The notes beneath the pieces are model-generated. The model saw only the letters and a program-made list of their open reading frames with translations. It was not told the origin of the DNA and did not search any database. Below, in pieces: positions 18,555-27,052 of a stretch of DNA of 64,000 nt. The stretch spans positions 65,345-129,344 of the forward strand of contig JAUSFM010000009.1 of the NCBI GenBank assembly GCA_030651375.1. The letters are read 5' to 3'. Each line of letters opens with the position of its first letter. The stretch's first letter is position 1. Position numbers and translations under genes: made by a program. This stretch comes from Candidatus Woesearchaeota archaeon (GTDB lineage: Archaea > Nanobdellota > Nanobdellia > Woesearchaeales > UBA12501).

Positions 18555-19211
18555 TTACCGCTGTGTCACCACACCAACTTGCTTGCAGTATTTTCGTATT
18601 GGGCACCGGCTGCAGTGCGGGCTGATGGGCGTGCAGGTGTGCTGGCCGAAGGCGACGAGCATTGAGTTAATTTTCTCCCAGTACTCTTTTGGCAGTTTTT
18701 TCCGCAGCGCCATTTCAGTTTCATACGGCGTTTTTGTTTTGACATACCCCAACCGGTTGCTGATGCGGTGGACATGGGTATCAACGCACATGCCGGGCTT
18801 TTGAAAGCCGACAGCCACGACGAGGTTTGCGGTTTTTCGCCCGACACCGGGCAGTTCGATAAGCTCTTCGACGGTCTGCGGAATTGTTCCTCCAAATTTT
18901 TCCTGTAGTACCAGCGGAAGCTGTTTCAAATGGCGCGCTTTTGTTTTGTAAAAGCCGACCGGATAAATAAGCTGTTCGATTTCTTTTTCTGAAAGCGTTC
19001 CGAGGTCTGCGACATGGTGGATGCGGGAAAATAATTTTCTGCAGGCTGCTGCGGTTGTCTGGTCCTTTGTGCGGGCAGAAAGAATCGTAGCAATGAGCAC
19101 CTTTTCAGGATCGTTTGTTTGTATTTTGATTAAATCAACAATCGGGACCTTGTAGTTCTTGACTTCTTTTTCAAGAATCTGGTACACCGTATCAATGCTG
19201 GCGCTGTTCAT
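18555..19211 (-). CDS. nth: Endonuclease III (DNA glycosylase/AP lyase)
   Basis: HhH-GPD motif LPGVGRKTANLV, catalytic Lys/Asp, and 4Fe-4S loop C-x6-C-x2-C-x5-C (CTPISPHCSRCPIRKYC). Confidence 0.9.
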   Translation of the reverse strand: MNSASIDTVYQILEKEVKNYKVPIVDLIKIQTNDPEKVLIATILSARTKDQTTAAACRKLFSRIHHVADLGTLSEKEIEQLIYPVGFYKTKARHLKQLPLVLQEKFGGTIPQTVEELIELPGVGRKTANLVVAVGFQKPGMCVDTHVHRISNRLGYVKTKTPYETEMALRKKLPKEYWEKINSMLVAFGQHTCTPISPHCSRCPIRKYCKQVGVVTQR

Positions 19212-19451
19212 GGCAAAAAAAGAGAAAAAGAAGCATTTAAAGCTTTAGTTTTTTCTTGATGCTCTTCAAAAACTTGTTCCCGTCAGTCCCTTTTATTTTT
19301 CTTAACAAGCGGACATTTTGGCCGAGAGGGCCATCAAATAGAACACTGTCTTCTTTCTTTTTTACATTGCGTATCTTTCGTCCGCGCGGATCAGATTCAA
19401 GTGGCATGTGATTCACCTCACTATTTGGTGGAGATTTCCGCGTATAAAAAG

Positions 19452-19694
19452 TTAGTGCTTTTGGCTGCGTTGTGCTCCGCCGGTTTTGTAGGGCGTGTGC
19501 TCTGCTTTTACCTTTTGGGACGTACTCTCTTCAGGAACGATGTCGTAAATAGTGCGTTCATCGTAGCCGCAGTCCTTGCAGACCATGCACATGATGTCCT
19601 GATATTCAGCGACGGTAATTTTTTTTGAATTGCATTTGGGACAGGTATGGATGATACTTTTGAGAAGGTCTTCGCGGTTTTTGGAGGATTCCAA
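19452..19694 (-). CDS. Small Zn-ribbon protein
   Basis: 80 aa with CPKC...CKDC paired CxxC motifs. Confidence 0.45.
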   Translation of the reverse strand: MESSKNREDLLKSIIHTCPKCNSKKITVAEYQDIMCMVCKDCGYDERTIYDIVPEESTSQKVKAEHTPYKTGGAQRSQKH

Positions 19695-19705
19695 TTTCTA
19701 CCACC

Positions 19706-19807
19706 TAATACTTAATCTCAACCAACCTTTTTTGCAAGCAAAAAAGCTTGACCAAAATGGGGGCATCCTCGCTTCGCTCGGAGCCCCGCGCGTTAATACT
19801 TAATCTC
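19706..19807. repeat. 14-bp direct repeat TAATACTTAATCTC x2 flanking two hairpin-forming segments
   Basis: Copies at 19706..19719 and 19794..19807. Between them lie palindrome CTTTTTTGCAAGCAAAAAAG and GC-rich hairpin GGGGC...GCCCC. Confidence 0.5.
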
Positions 19808-20047
19808 CACATCCCCTTCTTTTATCTTGCACTGGCAGCACAAGCGGTGCTTTTCATCAATCCCCATTTGCGCCTCTGCTTCGGTGCGTTCCGATAGGTG
19901 TTCCATGCCGCTGATTATTTCAACGTAGCACGTGCCGCACAAGCCGTTTTCGCAGCCGAACGGTATTCCCAACTCTTTGCAGGCATCCTTGATGGGCTCG
20001 CCTTCTTTGACGTCGCGCGATTCACCGCTGGAAATGATGGCTGGCAT
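19793..20047 (-). CDS. 2Fe-2S ferredoxin
   Basis: 84 aa. Cluster-ligand pattern GCENGLCGTCYV ... CCQC typical of the Fer2 family. Confidence 0.7.
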   Translation of the reverse strand: MPAIISSGESRDVKEGEPIKDACKELGIPFGCENGLCGTCYVEIISGMEHLSERTEAEAQMGIDEKHRLCCQCKIKEGDVEIKY

Positions 20048-20177
20048 GAAACGAAAAACCGTGCTGGTGGTTTATATAGGTTGCGGAAATTGATTATTTT
20101 ACTTCAACTATTTCCCTGTTTAGTTCACCCAATCTTTGATAGAAATCCATTTATAGGGGTATCACTTTTTGTTTTTT

Positions 20178-21449
20178 ATGATTAAAAAATCTATTATCTC
20201 AACCATCTTAATACTGCACTTTATACTTTTTAGTTATCCTGTTTTAGGATTAGAGTGTCAATATACTTCAAATCTTGAATATTCAACGGAAGAAGAAGGT
20301 TGGTACTTAAATAATGAGTTATTAGATGGTTCTCCTACTCAGGAAATAATAGGGTCGAATGATAACTTTGAATCTCACAAAGTATACAACCCCTTCGAAT
20401 TTCCCATAACAGTTGAAATTAGTTATGCTACTTTTTCGACATGGTACGGGGGGAGTAATGGTGGAATTACTGGCGTTGTACCTCCTAAACAGTATGTTAC
20501 TCTAATAAGTCATCATACAGCTGATGGGCAGATTCGAGATTTAAAGTTCAAAATTATTGAACCATCCGGAATTATTAACAAACTTGAATTAGTTAAAAAA
20601 AATAAACTTGTCTGTAAAGAATGTGGTGGAAAAGTGTGCATGGATGATGGCTTAACCTGTGAAATAAATTCCGAATGTGGCAGCGGAAAGTGTATAGAAA
20701 AAATATGCTCTCCTAACAATTACTGCTATAATAATAACTGCGAATGCTCCTTTTTTGAAGTTCAATCAAAAGATAACACCAAATGTGAGAATAATAATAT
20801 CTTTTTCGGATTAACATTTATGGCGATGTTACTTATTATCGGCGCACTCATCTTCATCAAAATAATGAGGGAAAAAAGAAAAACAACACAAGCAAAAAAA
20901 GAAGCAGATGTAAAAGTTGAAAAAGAAAAACAGATAACTGCGGAGAAAGAAAGAGAAAAATACGATAAAGAACTTAGTGTTTTAAAAGAACGCCAAGATG
21001 CAATATTAAGAAAAGAAGAGGAATTGGAGGAATTAAAGAGACTTTCTAGTCTAACAAAACAAGAGAAGGAAAATATCCAAAAATTATCAGAAGAAATAAC
21101 TAAAGAAACACTTGAAATGGAGAAAAATGTAAAAAAAAGATTTGCGGTTTCTATGGAACCATATCCAAGTAAATATGCAAGCCATAGGCGTGTTTTTAAA
21201 AATCCCTATCTGGGTGGCTACGAATGTTTTTATGAAGAAAGACTTGACCCCAAAAAATATTCTTTGTCAAAGCTGGTTCATAGGTGGGTTTGGAAAAAAG
21301 CAAATGGGAGGGAACCAAAACAAGGTTATCATATCCATCACATTGATGGAGATAAATACCATAATGATGCAAAAAACCTTGAAGAAATTAAAGGAGACGA
21401 ACATTATGGACTGCATAGAAATGAAAGACAAATTCCCCCTCAATCTTGA
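20178..21449 (+). CDS. Signal/TM-anchored Cys-rich, coiled-coil protein with C-terminal HNH endonuclease domain
   Basis: N-terminal hydrophobic helix, Cys-rich module (CKECGGKVC...CGSGKC...NNCEC), TM helix and K/E-rich coiled coil. C-terminal HNH motif HIHHIDGDKYHNDAKNLEEIKGDEHYGLH. Strongly AT-rich. The track start 20169 is TTG; the ATG at 20178 is preferred. Confidence 0.6.
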   Translation: MIKKSIISTILILHFILFSYPVLGLECQYTSNLEYSTEEEGWYLNNELLDGSPTQEIIGSNDNFESHKVYNPFEFPITVEISYATFSTWYGGSNGGITGVVPPKQYVTLISHHTADGQIRDLKFKIIEPSGIINKLELVKKNKLVCKECGGKVCMDDGLTCEINSECGSGKCIEKICSPNNYCYNNNCECSFFEVQSKDNTKCENNNIFFGLTFMAMLLIIGALIFIKIMREKRKTTQAKKEADVKVEKEKQITAEKEREKYDKELSVLKERQDAILRKEEELEELKRLSSLTKQEKENIQKLSEEITKETLEMEKNVKKRFAVSMEPYPSKYASHRRVFKNPYLGGYECFYEERLDPKKYSLSKLVHRWVWKKANGREPKQGYHIHHIDGDKYHNDAKNLEEIKGDEHYGLHRNERQIPPQS

Positions 21450-21596
21450 TCTCATGCCTCTTTTTTCCATTTTTTTTATCGAGTAATCTCCCCGTTCATC
21501 CCACCCACTGGACATCCCCATTCTGCCTTAAAACCCCCGATCACAGGCCATAAGCCCCAAACTCCGTAGCACTGGACACTGGACAGATGCGCGTGA

Positions 21597-21613
21597 GGTT
21601 TATATAGTACCAC
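21597..21613 (+). promoter_or_regulatory. BRE/TATA-like promoter (gaggtttatatagtacc) for the Bro-N gene
   Basis: TATA-like octamer about 25 bp upstream of the ATG at 21629. Confidence 0.4.
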
Positions 21614-21628
21614 TCCCTCAACAAAGTA

Positions 21629-22474
21629 ATGGATCAAAAAACTGCTTTGGTCGTGTTTGAAGACAAGAAAATACGAAGAATCTGGCATAATGACGAATGG
21701 TATTTCTCTGTTGTTGATATAATCGGTGTACTCATTGATACTCCCGATGCTCGGAACTACTGGAAAGTTCTCAAACATCGTTTATTAAAGGAAGGAAGTG
21801 AAGTGGTTACAAAATGTAACCAGTTGAAATTACCCGCCCCGGATGGTAAACTAAGGGAAACCGACTGTGCGAACACCAAAAACATGTTCAGAATCATCCA
21901 AACAATACCTTCTCCCCGTGCAGAAACGTTTAAGATGTGGCTCTCTCAAGTCGGCTACGAGCGCGTCCAAGAAATCGAAAATCCGGAATTAGGCCAAGAC
22001 CGCATTAAAAAATATTATGAGCTGAAAGGCTATCCCCAAGACTGGATTGACAAGCGCCTTCGGGGAATTGCTATTCGCCAAGAACTCACCGATGAATGGA
22101 AAAACAGAGGCGTTGGTGAACAGCGTGAGTACGCCATCCTCACCAATGAGATTTCACAGGCAACATTTGGCGTTCCCATCAAAACGCACAAGGAAATCAA
22201 AGGCCTTGACCCGAAATTCAAGAACCAAAACCTGCGCGACCACATGTCTGACCTCGAACTTATTTTTTCAATGCTGGGCGAACGGCTGACCACTGAAGCA
22301 GCGCGCAAGAAAGACGTTCACGGTTTTACCGAGAATCTTGAAACAGCACAAGAAGGCGGCGCGGTTGCCGGCCGCGCGCGTACCGACGCTGAAAAGACTT
22401 TAGGCATTGCTGTTGTTTCTCCAGAAAATGCACTTGATATTGTTCACCAAAAGAAGCGCATAGAAAAAAAGTGA
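21629..22474 (+). CDS. Bro-N domain protein (DinD/antirepressor-like)
   Basis: N-terminus LVVFEDKKIRRIWHNDEWYFSVVDIIGVL fits the Bro-N/KilA-N pattern. C-terminal charged domain. Confidence 0.6.
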   Translation: MDQKTALVVFEDKKIRRIWHNDEWYFSVVDIIGVLIDTPDARNYWKVLKHRLLKEGSEVVTKCNQLKLPAPDGKLRETDCANTKNMFRIIQTIPSPRAETFKMWLSQVGYERVQEIENPELGQDRIKKYYELKGYPQDWIDKRLRGIAIRQELTDEWKNRGVGEQREYAILTNEISQATFGVPIKTHKEIKGLDPKFKNQNLRDHMSDLELIFSMLGERLTTEAARKKDVHGFTENLETAQEGGAVAGRARTDAEKTLGIAVVSPENALDIVHQKKRIEKK

Positions 22475-22499
22475 TTACCCAATTGCTCGTCGCACATCG

Positions 22500-22787
22500 C
22501 TATTTTCTCACATATGTTGCGAGTGTTCTTTCAACTTGATTTCCAGGATGTCTTAAATCGAGAGGGTGACCAATCTGGCGCAGGCGTCCAACCAGTTGGC
22601 GTTTGGTATAATAACCCTCGATCGTGCCACCTTTTTGATCCCTGAACCAAATTTCGAAACCGCGCGGTTCATGATTAAGAAATGGTGGAACATATGCGAC
22701 TGAAAGTTTTGTTCTGCCCTCTTCCGTTCGTAAATACCAGCTTGTATCTGTATTTTGTCTCCAGTACGCTTGTTCCATAAGGTTCAC
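22500..22787 (-). CDS. Hypothetical protein
   Basis: 95-aa ORF, 4-nt overlap with the aEF-1beta stop. Confidence 0.3.
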   Translation of the reverse strand: MNLMEQAYWRQNTDTSWYLRTEEGRTKLSVAYVPPFLNHEPRGFEIWFRDQKGGTIEGYYTKRQLVGRLRQIGHPLDLRHPGNQVERTLATYVRK

Positions 22788-23059
22788 CCAATCGTCCGTC
22801 TGACATCAATCACATCAACCGAGCCAACGCCGGGTATTGTCTGGATTTCTTTTTCAAGCTCGTCGGTTGAGCCGCGGCTTTCATCCAGTAGGAAAACCGT
22901 CTTGAGGCACTTCAGCCCGAACGCGACTTCCTCGACGTCGGTCTTGCCGTATTCTGCCCCGAATTCAGTGATCTTTTTTTCTAATTCTTTTTGCACAAGA
23001 GAAAGGTCATTCTCAGCAGATTCCGGCATAATTCGCAGGGTAATAACAACTGTTGCCAT
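22784..23059 (-). CDS. ef1b: Archaeal translation elongation factor 1-beta
   Basis: 91 aa. MATVVITLRIMPESAENDL...VAFGLKCLKTVFLLDESRGSTDELEKEIQTIPGVGSVDVIDVRRT matches aEF-1beta. The track ORF (22784..23332) is an N-terminal over-extension. Confidence 0.85.
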   Translation of the reverse strand: MATVVITLRIMPESAENDLSLVQKELEKKITEFGAEYGKTDVEEVAFGLKCLKTVFLLDESRGSTDELEKEIQTIPGVGSVDVIDVRRTIG

Positions 23060-23063
23060 GGTG

Positions 23064-23243
23064 CTAATTCGGCCCGAGAAAGCCGCAGGTGCACTGGTAT
23101 TGCGCCACAATGCGGCGGCACTTGCCACAGCGGATGATTTCCTTGCCGCACTTTGGGCAGGGGAATCGGGTGACGTCTTTGGCGCCGGCGACATTGGTCT
23201 TGCACGACATGCACTGTATAGTGTGTTCGTTTGTTGAGGACAT
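23064..23243 (-). CDS. Zn-ribbon RNA-binding protein (COG2888 family), conserved partner of aEF-1beta
   Basis: Hand-translated 59-aa ORF MSSTNEHTIQCMSCKTNVAGAKDVTRFPCPKCGKEIIRCGKCRRIVAQYQCTCGFLGPN with four CxxC pairs. Absent from the ORF track because it is under 60 aa. Confidence 0.75.
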   Translation of the reverse strand: MSSTNEHTIQCMSCKTNVAGAKDVTRFPCPKCGKEIIRCGKCRRIVAQYQCTCGFLGPN

Positions 23244-23291
23244 ACGACTGCAAGGAAAGGCGGGGGTTTATAAAGCTTTTGGGTTCCACGC

Positions 23292-23777
23292 TTATTTAGA
23301 AAACACACCTTCTGTTGCCTTGATTTTTTCAAAGACTTTTTTCATATCCTCTGTTTTGACTTTAACTGAATGAGTTCGGAGGCCGATATTAAAGGCGCTG
23401 TCTTGATTATCATACACTCCCGTGTCTACCATCACCGGCACGGTTTCTTTGTGGCCGAACGGCGGCACTGCGCCGATCTCACAGCCGGTTTTTCGCATCA
23501 CTTCTTCCGGAGTTGCCATTCGTATTTTATTTTTTGACCAGCCAACCTGTTCTGCTACCCGTTTCACATCCACTTTTTTATCTGCGGGAATATTCACCAC
23601 CACCCACGCATTGGCATCATTCGTAAACAGAAGTGCTTTGATTCCTTGGTGTAATGCGAATCCTCTGGTCTTAGCCGCGTCTTCGCTGGTAATCACTGCT
23701 TCATGCTCAAGATAGGTTGGCTTGATATCTAACTCGGAAAAAAATGCGCGTATCCGTTCAACTTCTTCGTAGCCCAT
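23292..23777 (-). CDS. YbaK/ProX-type aminoacyl-tRNA deacylase domain protein
   Basis: 161 aa with the YbaK-like fold signature (HQGIKALLF...GAVPPFGH). Confidence 0.75.
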   Translation of the reverse strand: MGYEEVERIRAFFSELDIKPTYLEHEAVITSEDAAKTRGFALHQGIKALLFTNDANAWVVVNIPADKKVDVKRVAEQVGWSKNKIRMATPEEVMRKTGCEIGAVPPFGHKETVPVMVDTGVYDNQDSAFNIGLRTHSVKVKTEDMKKVFEKIKATEGVFSK

Positions 23778-23860
23778 ATCCCCACAGACTTTTGGATTCT
23801 TTATATACTTTTCTAACCATCACAACAATCATTATAAACCAAACACTTTTTCTTTTTTGT

Positions 23861-24640
23861 ATGGTTGTCGCTGGTGCTGATGAGGGGGATGACATCCCCA
23901 TTGAAATTGATATGGCTGAATTTGATGCTGCATCCTCGGTGCAGGCTCCACCAATACCAAATGCATCTTTTGCATCTTTTTCTGTTACCCATTTTTTCCG
24001 GCTTGCCGTGCTTTATGGGTACCCGTCTGACGCGGAAAAACTGGGGCGCCTGAAAGACTCCGAACCTGCTGCGCGGGATTATTTCCTGAACAACGCGCCG
24101 GGCGCTGCGTATTTTCAGGGTAAGATATTTGACCTTCCTGAATTTGTCGAGCGGGGGCGTTCGGCATTTACGCATCCTCCCGATCGAACCACTATCAATG
24201 GTGCACGTGGTGCAGGTGCTCGTTCATGGCTGATGACCGCATATTGGCTTGCCGAGTACGCAGGCGATGATGAACTTCGGCAGCAGATTGGCAGTCCAGC
24301 GCTTGAGCGTGTGCCGTACCTTGCGTATAAAATCGGGCGCCAGACACGCAACGAATCCTTGGCCAATACCGCGCGCGGGCATATTACCGACACTGATCCA
24401 CTTTTCGGCATTATTCTCGGCATGATTGAGGACGATGATGGCCTGCTGCGTGCCTGCGCTGGAAATTATATCCCCCCTAATGCGCGGTTTGTTTCTGACG
24501 TGGCAAAACGAAGAGGATATCACGAACTAACCGAGCGAGTTAACGACTATCTCTTTACCGCAGTGGAACAAGGCCTCCCATTGGGCGACAAAAAAACCAT
24601 CCAGACTGTTGATTATCTCGTTGAACTCTTTAACGCATAA
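23861..24640 (+). CDS. Hypothetical protein
   Basis: Long ORF with coding-like composition and no recognised motif. Start uncertain: the track gives 23744, with an ATG at 23861. Confidence 0.4.
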   Translation: MVVAGADEGDDIPIEIDMAEFDAASSVQAPPIPNASFASFSVTHFFRLAVLYGYPSDAEKLGRLKDSEPAARDYFLNNAPGAAYFQGKIFDLPEFVERGRSAFTHPPDRTTINGARGAGARSWLMTAYWLAEYAGDDELRQQIGSPALERVPYLAYKIGRQTRNESLANTARGHITDTDPLFGIILGMIEDDDGLLRACAGNYIPPNARFVSDVAKRRGYHELTERVNDYLFTAVEQGLPLGDKKTIQTVDYLVELFNA

Positions 24641-24747
24641 CTTCCCTTTCAACATAAAAAATATAAAAAATTCATAAAAATTCATTCTTGAGTACTAACA
24701 AACCTTTTTATATCAATCTGCCTGTGTACTACTCACAAGGGGGTTGA

Positions 24748-26832
24748 TTGATGGCGAATAAGCATTTTCAGCGCATGGACAAAGTTCTTGGCCTCCCGCC
24801 TGCGCCGCATGGTGCACCTGCCAAAGAAAAAAATGCCAGCCATCACCATCCCGAACATACCTCTCCTGCTTCACCTACTGCAACGCATAGGCATGGTTTT
24901 CTCGCGCGATTCAAAAAGCACCCATCGCATCCCTCTATTCAAAACGCTCCTGCCGGTGCTTATCCGAGTGACTTCGCACAACAGGAGCGCGCTGACGTTG
25001 ACGAGCTGAAAAAGCACCAGATTGAGCTCGATCACCTCGCACTTCAACAGCAGGCCAGAGAACAAGCTCGAGAAGAGCAAGAGCCTACCGGCGCGGAAAA
25101 ATATCTTCTCAAGGAAAAAGAAAAACTGCTCAAAGAGCGGTTCACGCTTGAAGGCGACATTGTTGCGCTCACGAAACGTCGCGCCCAGCTTGTTGGCCAG
25201 ATGCGAGTCGGCATCACTGAAGAAGAAAAAAAAGCCCGAACAAAAATTGAAAGCTCCCTGCGCGGCCTCGCGAACGAGCGCGAACGGCTCCTCACCGTGG
25301 TCAAAAATCTCAAGCCGCAGGCTGATGAGCTCCGCCGGCAGATGTCACCTAGTTTTTTCACCATCGAAAAGCATGAAAAAGAACTCGCAGCGCGCGAAGA
25401 AAAAATATCGCTTGCTGACGCACGATTGAAAAAAATCAGCGATGAGCTCCGCCACCATGAATTTGAGCTCGGAAAAAAACAGGCAGGCCTTGCCCATGAA
25501 GAGCGCGAGCTCACTGAACAGCAGCGCGCGCTCAAGGAACGGCTTGCACAGGAAAGCCAGCGCGTTGCGCTCATGCTCGCGGAAAAAGAAGCGCTGCTCA
25601 AAAACAAGTACAAAATATGGGAGCAACAGATTGACCGGCGCGAGCACGCAATCGCCGGTGCCGAGCGAAACTTCAACAAGGAAAAAGGAAAACTCTACCT
25701 TGAATTTGAAAAAGAGCACGAAAAACTCGGCCACAGCCTCGAAGAAGAGCGCACCAAGCTCTACGGCGACTTGCAGCAGCAGAAAGACCATCTCAGCCGG
25801 GATCTCGTCGATCTGGAAACCAAAAAGCGACAGCTTGAGCAGGCAGTGCTCGAGAAAAAAGAGACCATTCACGATATCGCTGAAACTGAACGCCTGCTCA
25901 ATGAAAAAGAAGAGCATCTGCTCAACAAAATCCGGATGCTTGAGACGGACGAGCATCGCCTCCACTCTCGCGAGAATGAGATTATCGGCAAAATCAAACA
26001 GCTCGAGAGCGACCAGCAGCTGCTCGATGACAAGGAAAACGAGCTCATTGACGTGCTGAAAAAACTGGATATGCGTGAAGGCGAGCTGCGTAATCATGAG
26101 CGTATGCTGAATGTCAAGGGCAACGAACTCACGGCTCGGGAGCATGACATCCAGAAAAAAATGGACGAGGCACAAGAAAAGCTTGACGCCATCAAAACGA
26201 ATAATTCACTCAAGCTGAACACCGCCGAGCTCGAAAAGGCCGCCACTAAAATCGTCGGTGAAATTGAATCTCTCGCACACAAAAAAGAATCTCTCATCAA
26301 ACAGCAAACACTCCAGCACGACATTGAGGCGCTGCAAAAATCAAAAAAACTCATTGCAGCCGAACTTGAAAAAGAGCGGGGCGCGCTCGAGCAGGAGATC
26401 AACAAGCTCGTTGCCAAAGTTGCTGACATGGAACAGGTCTTTGTCGCTGACGACCGGCTCAAGCAGCGCCAGGACTTCATGGAACGGAAAGAAGATGCGC
26501 TTGAGCAGGAGCATGCCCACATTCAGGAGCAGCTCAACCAGCTTGAAACCAACAGCATAAACGCGGTTGCAGCATTGTCATCAGTTCAGCAGCAGAAAAA
26601 TACTGCAAAAGAGATTTTCGAGGCCGACTCGCGCGAAAAAGTTGAGATCTACGCAATGATTGAGCAGGCGCGCGACGCCATTGTCGCCGGCACCTTCGAT
26701 CTTGCCAAGCAAATCTACGCGGCGATTCAGGAAGCGTACAAAACATTCAACCTTGCTGAAGCAGACCGCCGGAAAATTTACTTTGATGTGGTTGAGCTCA
26801 AGACGGACATTGAGCTCGGCGCGCTCTGCTGA
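24748..26832 (+). CDS. Large coiled-coil protein (SMC/cytoskeletal-like), His-rich N-terminus
   Basis: 694 aa. E/K/L/Q-rich heptad-like sequence throughout and a His/Pro-rich first 70 aa. Lies directly upstream of parA. Confidence 0.6.
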   Translation: MMANKHFQRMDKVLGLPPAPHGAPAKEKNASHHHPEHTSPASPTATHRHGFLARFKKHPSHPSIQNAPAGAYPSDFAQQERADVDELKKHQIELDHLALQQQAREQAREEQEPTGAEKYLLKEKEKLLKERFTLEGDIVALTKRRAQLVGQMRVGITEEEKKARTKIESSLRGLANERERLLTVVKNLKPQADELRRQMSPSFFTIEKHEKELAAREEKISLADARLKKISDELRHHEFELGKKQAGLAHEERELTEQQRALKERLAQESQRVALMLAEKEALLKNKYKIWEQQIDRREHAIAGAERNFNKEKGKLYLEFEKEHEKLGHSLEEERTKLYGDLQQQKDHLSRDLVDLETKKRQLEQAVLEKKETIHDIAETERLLNEKEEHLLNKIRMLETDEHRLHSRENEIIGKIKQLESDQQLLDDKENELIDVLKKLDMREGELRNHERMLNVKGNELTAREHDIQKKMDEAQEKLDAIKTNNSLKLNTAELEKAATKIVGEIESLAHKKESLIKQQTLQHDIEALQKSKKLIAAELEKERGALEQEINKLVAKVADMEQVFVADDRLKQRQDFMERKEDALEQEHAHIQEQLNQLETNSINAVAALSSVQQQKNTAKEIFEADSREKVEIYAMIEQARDAIVAGTFDLAKQIYAAIQEAYKTFNLAEADRRKIYFDVVELKTDIELGALC

Positions 26833-26896
26833 TTTTTGTGTTTTTTTGTGCTCATTTTTCTTGTTGTACGCTCTATTGTCTCGATGTACATTCATC

Positions 26897-26952
26897 ATTT
26901 TGTTTTCTCGTTTTGTTTCTCGTTTTGTTTCTTGTTTTGTTTCTTGTTTTCT
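26897..26952. repeat. Tandem repeat, about 12-bp unit TTTTGTTTCT(C/T)G x4-5
   Basis: Direct tandem copies seen in the sequence, intergenic between the coiled-coil gene and parA. Confidence 0.7.
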
Positions 26953-27052
26953 ACAATCAAAATATTTATAAACCAGTGGCGAGTGTGATGTGTTGAAACC
27001 TGTATACACTTAAAAGAGAAAAAGAAAAAATCAGCCAAAAAGAGGGGATAGC

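Noticed and set aside
20169-20177. Track start codon for the HNH fusion gene
   Set aside because: 20169 is a TTG; the in-frame ATG at 20178 (MIKKSII...) is the more plausible start. The track evidently allows alternative start codons.
22784-23332. 182-aa ORF in the track
   Set aside because: Only the last 91 aa (MATVVITL...) correspond to aEF-1beta. The upstream part overlaps the real Zn-ribbon gene in another frame.
25044-26522. Multiple long antisense or off-frame ORFs (for example 25044..25679, 25345..26175, 26094..26522) inside the coiled-coil gene
   Set aside because: They are low-complexity shadow ORFs created by the repetitive E/K/L-rich coding sequence on the opposite strand. The + strand frame is the continuous, biologically coherent one.
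26897-26952. Possible CRISPR array
   Set aside because: Repeat unit is only about 12 bp with no unique spacers. It is a simple tandem repeat, not a CRISPR.
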